DNA of 42,530 nucleotides from the NCBI GenBank assembly GCA_002770955.1, contig PCUH01000117.1:1657-44186 (forward strand), given 5' to 3'. The DNA is from Flavobacteriales bacterium CG18_big_fil_WC_8_21_14_2_50_32_9 (GTDB taxonomy: Bacteria; Bacteroidota; Bacteroidia; Flavobacteriales_E; Vicingaceae). Position 1 is the first letter of the stretch, and each line of letters starts with the position of its first letter. The notes beneath the pieces are model-generated. The model saw only the letters and a list, made by a program, of their open reading frames with translations, was not told the DNA's origin and searched no databases. This document shows positions 25,704 through 35,964 of the stretch, in pieces. A program made the position numbers and the translations under genes.

Positions 25704-26165
25704 ATGAAAAAATTTGCAATGTTATTCTGTACTGCATTATCAGTATGTTGTGCCTATAGTCAAATTAATTTTACTGGGTACTTGACAGATGAAAAAAATG
25801 ATAAATTAAAAGATGTAACCATCAATGTTTATGATCAAAATGAATTAATTTCAACAGAAATAGTTTCAAAGAAATTCTCTTATGATTTAAGTGTTAACAC
25901 CTATTACACGTTAGAATTGGTTAAGGATGGTTTTTTTACAAAACGAATTGCTATTTCAACTTTTGGAGCTAAAAACTCAACAGAACCTTTTCTATTTGCG
26001 GTTGAAATGTTAATGAAGCAACAAGGAAAAGATAATTTAGACACTGATTTTCCATCAGCATTAATTGAATATCAAAAAAATAAACAGTGTTTTAGTTACA
26101 ATGCTTCCTATGCTAAAAACATAAAGAAGGAGCAAGAGGAAGTGTTAGTTAACCAAAATAAATAA
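25704..26165 (+). CDS. Small secreted hypothetical protein (CarboxypepD_reg-like N-terminal beta-sandwich?)
   Basis: Signal peptide MKKFAMLFCTALSVCCAYSQ, then INFTGYLTDEKNDKLKDVTINVYD. No other recognisable domain. Confidence 0.55.
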   Translation: MKKFAMLFCTALSVCCAYSQINFTGYLTDEKNDKLKDVTINVYDQNELISTEIVSKKFSYDLSVNTYYTLELVKDGFFTKRIAISTFGAKNSTEPFLFAVEMLMKQQGKDNLDTDFPSALIEYQKNKQCFSYNASYAKNIKKEQEEVLVNQNK

Positions 26166-26885
26166 TCAGCTCAATAACATTTTAATGGCATCTATCATTC
26201 CGCCTGTTGTATATTCAGAGGCAACAGCATCAATTCTTAAGTTGTTTTTTTGAGCTACTTTTGCTGTTTCAGGACCAATGTAGATAAGTGCTATATTGTT
26301 TGTTGGAATGTCAAGTTTTAAAAAAGCATTCACACAAGAGGCACTTGTAAAGGTGATAAAATCAAGAGGTTGACTAAGGAGCTGTTTTAATTCTTTTTTG
26401 GTATAAAAAATGGGCGTGTTTTGATATGTTTTTATCGAAAATACCTGTGCTGCTCGTTGTTTTAATTGATTAATTAAATTATCGTTAGCTAATTCAGATA
26501 AGGGTATAAAAATTTTTTCATTTGGCAGTATTGGAATTTCTTTTCCCAACACAGCAGCTTTAAACTCTTTAGGCATAAAATCTACATTTAATCCCAGTTT
26601 CTCTACTGTTTCTTTTGTTTTTTGCCCAACAACAGCAATTTTTGCTTTAAATAAGTCTTTTCTAATAACTTCAAAAAAAGTAGTTACTGCATTATAGCTT
26701 GTAAAAACAATCCAATCAAATTGATGTTGATTAAAAACTAGTCGTAGTTCTTTTTTATTAATAGCTTCCAACTGAATTAAAGGTAAAGAAATTACCTTGG
26801 CACCTAATGCTTTTAATTGATTTGAAAATAAGACTGACTGGGCTTTTGGTCTTGTAATTAATATGGTTTTACCGTTAAGAAACAT
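26166..26885 (-). CDS. hemD: Uroporphyrinogen-III synthase
   Basis: The pattern LNGKTILITRPKAQSVLFSNQLKALGAKVISLPLIQ, the ~240 aa size, and an 11-nt overlap with the upstream hemA-hemC ORF. Confidence 0.8.
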   Translation of the reverse strand: MFLNGKTILITRPKAQSVLFSNQLKALGAKVISLPLIQLEAINKKELRLVFNQHQFDWIVFTSYNAVTTFFEVIRKDLFKAKIAVVGQKTKETVEKLGLNVDFMPKEFKAAVLGKEIPILPNEKIFIPLSELANDNLINQLKQRAAQVFSIKTYQNTPIFYTKKELKQLLSQPLDFITFTSASCVNAFLKLDIPTNNIALIYIGPETAKVAQKNNLRIDAVASEYTTGGMIDAIKMLLS

Positions 26886-29058
26886 TAGTTAAAAGTGCTT
26901 TTTTTTTGAGTTCAACTTCTTCTTTAAGAGCAAGAGCAAGTTGTCTTGCTAAAGTTCTTTTATCGTTAATACTTCCACTTATTGTTTTTCTTGCAAAAAA
27001 TTCACCGTCTTTGGTAGCAAAAATTCCTTCTATGGAAATTTCTGTGGCTGTGGCTGTGGCATAAGCTGCCATAGGCAAGTTACAACCTCCTCCTAGAGCA
27101 ATTAAAAAAGCTCTTTCGGCATCGGCAGCATCTTTTGTAGGTTGGTGTGATAATTTTTTCACTAAATCATAGATGTAACCATCTTTATCTATCATTTCTA
27201 TGGCTAAAATTCCTTGTCCAACAGCAGGAAGCATAACATCAGTATCAAAAATTTCAGTTGCAACATCTATCATATTCATTTTCTGAAGACCTGTTGCTGC
27301 TAAAATAATTGCATCATAATTTCCTTTCTCCATTTGTGCAATTCTTCCATCTACATTTCCCTGAATGAATTTATACTCTAAATCAGGTCGTGTTTGTTGC
27401 AATTGAACACTTCTTCTTAAACTTCCTGTTCCAACTACTGACCCTGAAGGTAATTCCTTCAATGTTTTTCCCAATTTTGAAATAAGCACATCTCTAACAT
27501 CTTTTCTTGGTGTAACAGTAATTACGCGCAAACCAAAAACATCTTCTGTGGGAACGTCTTTAAAACTATGTACAGCAACATCTATTTCTCCAGCCAACAT
27601 GGCTCGTTGCAATGCAGAAGTAAAAGCCCCTACTACACTAATATCTCCCTCATCACCACTAGTTTTAATTATTTTTGTTTCAAATTCGTAAGTTGGTTCT
27701 AGTTTCATGAGTTGTTCAACAATCCAATTGGTTTGAGTAAGAGCTAATTTACTTCCTCGTGTACCTACAACTATTTTTCGTTTTGGAACAAAAATATCCA
27801 CACTATTAACCGCCAAGATATTTTTAGCTGTGTTAATAGGATTATCAGTTTGATGAAGATTTTGAGCTATTTCCTTAATTGCTTCAATTGATGGTTTTGA
27901 TATTTTTCTAAGTAATCGATGAGTAAATCTTTTTAATACTATTTCTGTATGCTTGTCAATGTTGCCTAATTTCGGAAATAGCCATTTTAATTCTTCATTT
28001 CTTATGTCATCCAAATTATTCCAATAAGCTTCAATTACAGGTGCTACTTTTCTATTTTTTAGCCAAACAGAAAACCAATCTACTTCCTGATTAACAATGG
28101 TTCTTGCCATTGGAATTTCATCATATCTTTTCAGTAAACCTTTGTATGTTATTTTTTTAATATCATCTAAATCAAATAATTTAATGTTATCATGTTCTTT
28201 TAGATTAGGATTAAAGTTTCGAGGGACACCAAAATCTAAAAATAATTTACAACCTCCAGATTGGAGTGCAAAATTTGCCCTCGGGCATTTACTTTCTGCC
28301 ATGGTTTCTTCATGGAGTAAGTTTATTTCTCCTTGCGTTCCTCCAATAATGATATTAGCTTCAGAAAGTGCTGCATGTATTTGATCCATTTGAACAGCTT
28401 CTCCATTCCACTCTACTGCCATCTCTTGAGCTCTTTCAAAATCGTGGCTGGCAACATATAATTTTTTGATTTTAGTTCTATCCAATACAGTGTTTACTAA
28501 ATTCGCCATATTGCCTGTTCCTATAACTAAAAAAACAGATTCTTCAAACTTATAACCTTCTTGTTCTATCAGTTCAAATCCAACAGTTGCTAGCGATGCT
28601 GAAAATTTTCCAATATTAGTTTCTTGTCTTACTTTTTTCCCTGTATGAATTGCATGTCGAATAAGCTCATCCAATACGGCTCCTATTGTATTTTCTTCTC
28701 TTGCTAAAGCTAAAGCTTCTCTAATTTGACCTGTAATTTGGTGTTCTCCAACCGCTTGCGATTCTAATCCTGCTGCTGTTGAAAATAAGTTTCGGATAGC
28801 AATTTCACTGTCTGGTAATATAGATAAAAATTGACGATAATTGCCAAACCTATTAAAATATGATAAAATAGCGTCATTATTTTCGCCATAAGCATAAATA
28901 GATAATCTATTGCATGTTGAAATTATAAAAATCTCTTTATAATTTTTTTTAAGAAATTTTAAGGCTTCTCTGGTTTGTTCTTTATTAAGTGCTAATCGCT
29001 CTCTGATTGCAATAGAAGCAAACCTATGACTTAATTCAACTCCGATTATTTTATTCAT
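26875..29058 (-). CDS. hemA-hemC: Fused glutamyl-tRNA reductase (HemA) / hydroxymethylbilane synthase (HemC)
   Basis: A single 727-aa ORF. The N-terminal ~420 aa carry ISTCNRLSIY (catalytic Cys) and the NAD(P) fold VIGTGNMA. The last ~299 aa start KIVVGTRGSKLALTQT and contain GGGCNLPMAAYA (dipyrromethane Cys). The junction is near 27775-27790. Confidence 0.85.
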   Translation of the reverse strand: MNKIIGVELSHRFASIAIRERLALNKEQTREALKFLKKNYKEIFIISTCNRLSIYAYGENNDAILSYFNRFGNYRQFLSILPDSEIAIRNLFSTAAGLESQAVGEHQITGQIREALALAREENTIGAVLDELIRHAIHTGKKVRQETNIGKFSASLATVGFELIEQEGYKFEESVFLVIGTGNMANLVNTVLDRTKIKKLYVASHDFERAQEMAVEWNGEAVQMDQIHAALSEANIIIGGTQGEINLLHEETMAESKCPRANFALQSGGCKLFLDFGVPRNFNPNLKEHDNIKLFDLDDIKKITYKGLLKRYDEIPMARTIVNQEVDWFSVWLKNRKVAPVIEAYWNNLDDIRNEELKWLFPKLGNIDKHTEIVLKRFTHRLLRKISKPSIEAIKEIAQNLHQTDNPINTAKNILAVNSVDIFVPKRKIVVGTRGSKLALTQTNWIVEQLMKLEPTYEFETKIIKTSGDEGDISVVGAFTSALQRAMLAGEIDVAVHSFKDVPTEDVFGLRVITVTPRKDVRDVLISKLGKTLKELPSGSVVGTGSLRRSVQLQQTRPDLEYKFIQGNVDGRIAQMEKGNYDAIILAATGLQKMNMIDVATEIFDTDVMLPAVGQGILAIEMIDKDGYIYDLVKKLSHQPTKDAADAERAFLIALGGGCNLPMAAYATATATEISIEGIFATKDGEFFARKTISGSINDKRTLARQLALALKEEVELKKKALLTNVS

Positions 29059-29309
29059 TCTTCCGTTTGTTCTATACCGAAACCAAATAGAATTTCGGAA
29101 AATGGATACATTTTGGTTTCGAGTATATTTAATTCTATTCTAAATAAGAATGCAAATTTATTAAAAAATTTACGGGTAATACATGAATAAAGTCAATTCA
29201 ATTGAAATTAATATAAAATGGTGTATTTAAAAGTGTCTGTCTATAAAATCAAACAAGAGGTCATAACCCCTTGTCAATACTATAAAGTTTGATTTACAGA
29301 ATACGCTAG

Positions 29310-31070
29310 TTAAATTTTTCTCATTCTCAAACTTAAAGGTGTAACTTCTAGATATTCATCTGCCTGAATAAATTCCATAGCTTCTTCTAACGAAAATTTA
29401 ATTTTTGGAGCAATTTTAACCGCTTCATCTGTTCCAGATTTACGCATGTTAGTAAGTTGTTTTCCTTTTGTTAAATTAATTTCTAAATCATTATCTCTTG
29501 TGTGTTCTCCAACTACTTGTCCTTTATAAATAACATCGCCTGGCTCAATAAAAAATCGACCTCTATCTTGTAATCTATTTATTGCAAAAGCTGTTGAAGG
29601 CCCTGCGTCCATTGAAATTAAAGACCCTTTATTTCTTTCAGGAATTTCTCCTTTGAAAGGACCAAATTCTCTGAATCGATGTGTCATAACTGCATTTCCT
29701 GCTGTAGCTGTTAACATATTATTTCTTAATCCTATCAAACCACGAGATGGAATATCAAATTCTAAATGTTGCAAATCTCCTTTTGGTTCCATTACCAACA
29801 TATCTCCTTTTCTTTGAGATACTAAATCAATGGCTTTACTAGAATATTCTGCAGGAACATCAATAACCAATGTTTCGTAAGGCTCGTGTTTTTGACCATT
29901 AACTTCTTTAAAAAGTACTTGAGGTTTACCAACTTGCAACTCATAACCTTCTCTTCGCATGGTTTCTATTAAAACAGATAGATGCAAAACACCTCTTCCG
30001 AAAACAATAAATTTATCTTCCGAACCAGTTTCTTCAACACGCATTGCTAAGTTTTTTTCGAGTTCTAAATATAAACGGTCTCTTAAATGCCTAGATGTAA
30101 CGAATTTTCCTTCTTTTCCAAAAAATGGAGAATTGTTAATGGTAAACAACATACTCATTGTTGGCTCATCAATAGAAATTCGAGTTAATTCTTCTGGATT
30201 GTTTAAATCTGTGATGGTGTCTCCAATTTCAAAATCTTCAATACCAACAATGGCACAAATATCTCCACTTCTTGCTTTAGTTACTTTCACCTTTCCCATT
30301 CCTTCAAAAACAAACAATTCTTTAATCCTAATTTTCTTTTTAACGCCTCCTTGCTTACAAATGGTGTAATCTTTATTTTCTTCTAAATCTCCTCTAAAAA
30401 TTCTTCCTATAGCAATTCTTCCAACAAATTTGGAATAATCTAAAGATGTAATTTGCATTTGCGGTGTTCCTTCAATATAAGGAGCTTCTGGGATATTTTC
30501 TATAATAGCATCTAATAATGGAATAATATTTTCTGTTGGTTTGTTATGATCTGTACTCATCCACCCATTTTTAGCTGAACCAAAAATAGTTGGAAAATCT
30601 AACTGATCTTCTGTTGCGTCTAAACTAAACATTAAGTCAAAAATAGACTCTTGAACTAGGTCTGGCGTACAATTTTCTTTATCAACCTTATTCACTACAA
30701 CTATTGGTTTCAATCCTAATTCTAAAGCTTTACCTAACACAAATCGAGTTTGTGGCATAGCACCCTCAAAAGCATCAACCAAAAGCAACACACCGTCAGC
30801 CATTTTTAACACACGCTCCACTTCTCCACCAAAATCAGCGTGACCAGGTGTGTCAATAACATTTATTTTCACGCCATTGTAGTTTACACTCACGTTTTTA
30901 GCCAAAATAGTTATCCCTCTTTCTCTTTCCAAATCATTGCTGTCTAACAATAATTCGGTTCGTTCCACCCGGTCTTCAAACACCTTACATTGGTCTATAA
31001 TTTTATCAACTAAAGTGGTTTTTCCATGGTCAACGTGGGCTATAATAGCTATATTTCTTATCGATTGCAT
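29310..31070 (-). CDS. typA: Translational GTPase TypA/BipA
   Basis: [34 protein letters not shown] and NKVD, followed by EF-G-like domains. Confidence 0.92.
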   Translation of the reverse strand: MQSIRNIAIIAHVDHGKTTLVDKIIDQCKVFEDRVERTELLLDSNDLERERGITILAKNVSVNYNGVKINVIDTPGHADFGGEVERVLKMADGVLLLVDAFEGAMPQTRFVLGKALELGLKPIVVVNKVDKENCTPDLVQESIFDLMFSLDATEDQLDFPTIFGSAKNGWMSTDHNKPTENIIPLLDAIIENIPEAPYIEGTPQMQITSLDYSKFVGRIAIGRIFRGDLEENKDYTICKQGGVKKKIRIKELFVFEGMGKVKVTKARSGDICAIVGIEDFEIGDTITDLNNPEELTRISIDEPTMSMLFTINNSPFFGKEGKFVTSRHLRDRLYLELEKNLAMRVEETGSEDKFIVFGRGVLHLSVLIETMRREGYELQVGKPQVLFKEVNGQKHEPYETLVIDVPAEYSSKAIDLVSQRKGDMLVMEPKGDLQHLEFDIPSRGLIGLRNNMLTATAGNAVMTHRFREFGPFKGEIPERNKGSLISMDAGPSTAFAINRLQDRGRFFIEPGDVIYKGQVVGEHTRDNDLEINLTKGKQLTNMRKSGTDEAVKIAPKIKFSLEEAMEFIQADEYLEVTPLSLRMRKI

Positions 31071-31298
31071 ATTTTTTTTTTAAGGCTGCAAAAGTAGAAT
31101 TGTTTTTTTGATTATAGGATTTTATTTAGCTTATTATTTGAAACTATAGGAGCTGCAATGATTTATCAAGCTTTCATTAACAAAGGAGCTTCCTATTTTA
31201 GCTTCTATTCTTGTTTTCTTAATGCAAGTATTTAAGTTTATGAATAAGCATTTCTGCTGTGAATTATCTTTAATTTTACCGACTTAATTTACATATAA

Positions 31299-32258
31299 AT
31301 GAACAAAAATCTACGGATCGTTTTTATGGGTACGCCCGATTTTGCTGTTGAATCACTAAAAATTTTGGTTAAAAGCAACTACAACATTGTTGGCGTTATT
31401 ACTGCTCCCGACAAACCAGCGGGAAGAGGTCAGCAAATAAACAAATCGGCAGTTAAGGTTTATGCCGAAAAACAGGCAATTCCTCTACTCCAACCCAGTA
31501 ATTTAAAAGATGAGCATTTTTTAAGCCAACTAAAAAAACTGAATGCCAACTTGCAAATTGTAGTTGCTTTTAGAATGTTGCCTGAAGCAGTATGGAATAT
31601 GCCAGTTTTAGGCACATTTAATCTGCACGCTTCACTCCTCCCACAATATAGAGGTGCGGCTCCTATTAATTGGGCGATAATAAATGGCGAAAAAGAAACA
31701 GGAGTTACAACCTTTTTTCTGCAACACGAAATTGATACAGGAAACATTATTTTACAAGAAAAAGTGAGCATTAGTGAAAACGAAACAGCAGGAGAATTAC
31801 ACGATAAATTAATGCTGTTGGGAGCTAAATTAGTGCTAAAAACGGTTCAACAAATTGAGCATAATTCAATAAATCCACAACCTCAAAACACCAATCAATC
31901 GTTGAAATTAGCTTATAAAATTTTCAAACCCTTTTGCAAAATTGATTGGAACAAACCCATCAATGAAATTCATAATCACATTAGAGGTTTGAGTCCTTAC
32001 CCAACTGCTTTTACTTTTTTAAAACATAAACAATCAAGTAAGGTAATTAGCTGCAAAGTATTCAAATCTAACTTAATAAATGAAAAACATAAGTTGAAAA
32101 CAGGAACTATTGTTGCAACAAAAAATGAACTTAAAATAGCTGTTGATGAAGGCTTTATTTCTATTTTAGAATTACAACCCGAAGGTAAAAAAAGAATGAA
32201 CGTAACCGATTTTTTAAATGGAACTTCCATCAATGACATCGAATTACAGTTAAATTAA
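31299..32258 (+). CDS. fmt: Methionyl-tRNA formyltransferase
   Basis: RIVFMGTPDFAV, the NLHASLLPQYRGAAPINWAIING (HxSLLPxxRG) motif, and the C-terminal Fmt domain. Confidence 0.92.
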   Translation: MNKNLRIVFMGTPDFAVESLKILVKSNYNIVGVITAPDKPAGRGQQINKSAVKVYAEKQAIPLLQPSNLKDEHFLSQLKKLNANLQIVVAFRMLPEAVWNMPVLGTFNLHASLLPQYRGAAPINWAIINGEKETGVTTFFLQHEIDTGNIILQEKVSISENETAGELHDKLMLLGAKLVLKTVQQIEHNSINPQPQNTNQSLKLAYKIFKPFCKIDWNKPINEIHNHIRGLSPYPTAFTFLKHKQSSKVISCKVFKSNLINEKHKLKTGTIVATKNELKIAVDEGFISILELQPEGKKRMNVTDFLNGTSINDIELQLN

Positions 32259-32283
32259 TCACAAAAATAAACTCATCCACTCG

Positions 32284-33525
32284 TTGCTCTCATTCGTTAA
32301 ATATTATAGGCATTTAGAAAAGCATATTGTACAATTTATAGCTGCTGAATTTTTTCTACAACTTATCAATAGTGCTTTTATGGCAATTATGCTTATTTAT
32401 ATGGAAAAAGTAGGCTTTAAAGACCATGAAAGTGCATCCTTTGTTTCTTTTCGGTTTTTAGGCGTGTTGTTGTTTGCTTTTCCGTTAGGTTTATTCATAA
32501 AAGGACGAAAACTAAAACCTATATTTTATTTTTCATCTATTGCCACTCCTACACTAGCTTTGATTATTATTTATGCCATTTCTATTCAGCAAAGAGAGTT
32601 GCTTTATGTGAGTTTGTTTTTATGGGGAACAAGTTTTATAGGAATTCAAATTTCTGCAATTCCTTATATTTTGAGAAATGCAAAAAAACAGACGCATACC
32701 GAAGCCATCACATTAAGCTATTCAACTTGGAGTTTGGCTAATATTTTTAGCGGTGTAATTATTTATAGTTTAAAAAATATGAATCCTGAATTGTTTGATG
32801 AAAAACTGATTTTGCAAATTATTTGCTCTATCGGATTTATTGGTACTTTCTTCATTTTTAGTATTAAACATACCGAACACCTTCCTGCTTTAACTAAAAA
32901 AAGAACTAATTTAAAGGAATTTGATTGGATAATCATTTTTAAAGCGTTAATTCCGACCATGATAATTGCTGTGGGTGCTGGATTAACGATTCCTTTTGTT
33001 GGTTTATTCTTTTATAAAATACACGGCTTAGATTCCGATCAATTTGCAATTATAAGTGCTTTTGCAACGCTCATAGTTTTTAGTATGGTACTTTATGTTC
33101 CTATAATTAAAAATAAATTAGGTTATAAATTAGCTGTTCCTTTAACGCAAACCATTGCTATAGTTGCTCTTATTGTATTGGCTTTTACTGAAATTATGCC
33201 TTTTAAATGGGCTGTTTATATTGCCGTTGTTGCTTATATTATTCGTCAACCATTAATGAATATGGCTGGACCTATGACTTCAGATATTGTAATGAAATAT
33301 GTGGGAGAACGCAATCAAGAAATGATGAGTGCATTAACATCGGCAGTTTGGTCGGGAAGTTGGTTTATTAGTTCTGTTATTTTTCAGATATTACGACAAC
33401 TAGGACTACAATATGTTTATGTTTTCTTAATTACCGCAGCTCTTTATTTTCTTGGTGTGTTGATGTATTATTTACTTATTTTAGATTACGAGAAAAAAAT
33501 AAAAAAAGGAATAATTGGAAAATAA
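32284..33525 (+). CDS. MFS-type transporter
   Basis: About 12 hydrophobic segments in 413 aa. The TTG start is as in the track and remains uncertain. Confidence 0.65.
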   Translation: MLSFVKYYRHLEKHIVQFIAAEFFLQLINSAFMAIMLIYMEKVGFKDHESASFVSFRFLGVLLFAFPLGLFIKGRKLKPIFYFSSIATPTLALIIIYAISIQQRELLYVSLFLWGTSFIGIQISAIPYILRNAKKQTHTEAITLSYSTWSLANIFSGVIIYSLKNMNPELFDEKLILQIICSIGFIGTFFIFSIKHTEHLPALTKKRTNLKEFDWIIIFKALIPTMIIAVGAGLTIPFVGLFFYKIHGLDSDQFAIISAFATLIVFSMVLYVPIIKNKLGYKLAVPLTQTIAIVALIVLAFTEIMPFKWAVYIAVVAYIIRQPLMNMAGPMTSDIVMKYVGERNQEMMSALTSAVWSGSWFISSVIFQILRQLGLQYVYVFLITAALYFLGVLMYYLLILDYEKKIKKGIIGK

Positions 33526-33561
33526 CCTAATTATTATTACTTTAGCGTTGTTAATAACAAC

Positions 33562-34575
33562 CTGATTACGAAAAGAATACTAACATATTGTTTTTTACTA
33601 TTTTTCATTTTTTTTGTTGCATGCAATAAGAAGGCAAATAAAATTGAACCAGAGCCTATTTTTCTTCCCACTACTACACCTTCTGTTTTCTCGCAAGTAT
33701 TCACAACCTCTAATAGCAGTTTGCCTAATAATTTCATAAATGATATTGAAATTGTTGGGTCAATAAAAAAAATAGCAACAAACAACGGACTTGCTCTTTT
33801 TGATGGAACAAATTGGACTATTTTAAACACTTCTAATTCAAGTTTACCCAGCAATATTGTTCACTTTGTGAAAACAAATGGATTGACAACATGGATTGCA
33901 ACAGACAATGGTTTAGTTAGCTATGATGGTGTTTCAATGATTATTTATAAAAGTCAGAACTCACCTTTGCCCAGCAATCGTATTAGGAGTATAGAGTTTG
34001 ACAATGCAGGCAAAATTTGGATAGGTACTTTCAGTGGTGGCGGTTTAGTTGGTTTTGATGGTGTAAACTGGGAAGTTTTTACTCCTGCTAATTCTGATTT
34101 ACCTAATAATTCGGTTTCAGTAATTAAAAAAGATATTAATGGGAAATTATGGTTGGGAACTGCTTCTGGTTTTTCTGTTTTTGATGGAGTTACTTTTATA
34201 AATTTTAATCCTACAAACTCTTCACTTCCAAGCCCTAGTGTTTTTTCAATCACACACGATGCTAACAATGTTACTTGGATAGGTACAAATGGAGGTTTAA
34301 CTCGTTTTGATGGTGTGAATTGGCAAAACTTTACCATGCAAAATTCAGGACTCCCTTTAAATCTTGTTCGCAGTATCACTTTAAAAACCACCAATGAAAT
34401 CTACATTGGAATGGCTGGGCAAGGATTAGCTCTTTTCAATTATTCCAATAACAATTGGACGCATTTAAACAGCAATAATTCTAACCTTCCTAATAATTTT
34501 ATCACTGATGTTTCAATTGCAATAGATAATGTTGTTTGGATTGCAACTGAGAATGGTATTGCACTAAAAGAATAG
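33562..34575 (+). CDS. Stand-alone Reg_prop (two-component-regulator propeller) repeat lipoprotein; start codon non-canonical or uncertain
   Basis: About 6 repeats of the ~47-aa unit (..GL..FDG..W..F...NS.LP.N.V..I..D..G..WIGT). The frame is open from 33526. It encodes a lipoprotein signal (L)ITKRILTYCFLLFFIFFVAC-N upstream of the track's TTG (33721), but has no ATG/GTG/TTG there (candidates are CTG at 33562 and ATT at 33565). Confidence 0.6.
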   Translation: MITKRILTYCFLLFFIFFVACNKKANKIEPEPIFLPTTTPSVFSQVFTTSNSSLPNNFINDIEIVGSIKKIATNNGLALFDGTNWTILNTSNSSLPSNIVHFVKTNGLTTWIATDNGLVSYDGVSMIIYKSQNSPLPSNRIRSIEFDNAGKIWIGTFSGGGLVGFDGVNWEVFTPANSDLPNNSVSVIKKDINGKLWLGTASGFSVFDGVTFINFNPTNSSLPSPSVFSITHDANNVTWIGTNGGLTRFDGVNWQNFTMQNSGLPLNLVRSITLKTTNEIYIGMAGQGLALFNYSNNNWTHLNSNNSNLPNNFITDVSIAIDNVVWIATENGIALKE

Positions 34576-34613
34576 AATCTGAATTTTAGAATAATAATCG
34601 ACTCCGTTTAAAA

Positions 34614-35468
34614 TTAAAAGGTCTGTTTAATCGATTGGTTAAGTTTGTCTAGTATTTTTTTAGTTGTTTCGCAAGTATATGTTTTTGACCGATACATTTC
34701 AACCCATTTTATTCCTGCTATTGAATTTGTTAAAAAAAGTTCATCTGCTTGAAGCAACATGCTTCCTGTTATCATTCCTTCTATAACATTAATGTTCATT
34801 TCGTTAGCAATTTCTATAATTTGACCTCTTGTAATCCCTTCAGTACATCCCTCTTCAATGGCAGGTGTATAAAGTGTGTTGTTCTTGTATAAAAACACAT
34901 TGGAACTTATTGCCTCTACAATTCTATTGTGCTGATTAACCATTAAACAATCATCTAATTGATGTTCTGTTTTATAAATACCAGTAATGATGTTTGGTAT
35001 TTTGTTGGTAGTTTTTATTTGAGATAAGGGTGTGTTAAATAATATTATTCCATTATAGATATCTATTTTCAATCCTTTTGTATTAAGTTCAAACAGATTA
35101 TTAGAAATTGAAGTGGCCTCAATAACAAAGGATTTTGTATCATTTTTAGGTGTATATAACCCCTCTCCTACTCTAAAAACAGTAATTCTAACCCTTCCTC
35201 CTTTTTTGATATTATTTTTATCAATAAGATGAATAATTTGTTCTTTTAGTTTTTCAAATGTCATTGGAATGCTTTTCATTCTCAAAATGTCCATTCCTTT
35301 TTTTAATCTTTCGAAATGATTATCAAGAAAAACAGGTTTTCCATTTATTACTCTAATTGTTTCAAAAACAGCATCTCCATATTTGAATGCTCTATTGTTT
35401 ATGGAGAAAATTTTTTCATCTTCTTCATAAAGAAAACCATCTAAATTAATATATCTTTTTGAACTCAA
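34614..35468 (-). CDS. Class IV (fold type IV) PLP aminotransferase / aminodeoxychorismate lyase-like
   Basis: 284 aa. Motifs: AFKYGDAVFETIRV, ...EATSISNN..., ...TEGITRG... Confidence 0.7.
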   Translation of the reverse strand: MSSKRYINLDGFLYEEDEKIFSINNRAFKYGDAVFETIRVINGKPVFLDNHFERLKKGMDILRMKSIPMTFEKLKEQIIHLIDKNNIKKGGRVRITVFRVGEGLYTPKNDTKSFVIEATSISNNLFELNTKGLKIDIYNGIILFNTPLSQIKTTNKIPNIITGIYKTEHQLDDCLMVNQHNRIVEAISSNVFLYKNNTLYTPAIEEGCTEGITRGQIIEIANEMNINVIEGMITGSMLLQADELFLTNSIAGIKWVEMYRSKTYTCETTKKILDKLNQSIKQTF

Positions 35469-35947
35469 ATTAAGTTGTTTTTTAATTGCATAAGGTTGGA
35501 ATTAGACTCGATTTTTATTCCTTTCATTCCTACATTTTTTGCAGCTTCAACATCCCTTTCACTATCTCCAATAAAAAAAGAAAGCGATTTATCAATAGAA
35601 AATCGTGCAATGGACTTTTCTAATAGCTGTGATTTTGGTTTTCTGCAAATGCAATTTTCATTTTCGGAGTGGTGAGGACAATAATAAATTGATAAAATAT
35701 CTATTCCAACTTGTTTAAATTTAGTTAACATAAACTCGTGTACGATATTTACGTCCTTATGGTTATAAATTTTTTTGGAAATTCCACCTTGGTTTGTAAT
35801 TACAACAAATTCATACCCTTTATTTTGGGCTATTTTTAAAAAATCAAAAACACCTTCATTTATTTCAAAATCAGTTATTTTAAAGGTATATTCTCCTCTT
35901 TCTTTATTAATAACTCCATCTCTGTCTAAAAAAATTACTTTACGCAT
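35465..35947 (-). CDS. HAD-IIIA phosphatase (D,D-heptose 1,7-bisphosphate phosphatase GmhB-like)
   Basis: VIFLDRDGVIN, VITNQGG, the zinc motif CPHH...C.CRKP, and GDSERD. Confidence 0.8.
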   Translation of the reverse strand: MRKVIFLDRDGVINKERGEYTFKITDFEINEGVFDFLKIAQNKGYEFVVITNQGGISKKIYNHKDVNIVHEFMLTKFKQVGIDILSIYYCPHHSENENCICRKPKSQLLEKSIARFSIDKSLSFFIGDSERDVEAAKNVGMKGIKIESNSNLMQLKNNLI

Positions 35948-35964
35948 GAGTTTAGTTTATGAGG

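Noticed and set aside
33537-34394. Minus-strand ORFs of 105 and 146 aa opposite the Reg_prop repeat gene, plus the antisense ORFs at 22334-22681, 23436-23744, 28097-28384, 29959-30369, 31460-32239, 35475-36008, 37301-38030 and 40544-40735.
   Set aside because: They are mirror-frame artefacts of strongly supported genes on the other strand. None has an independent motif.
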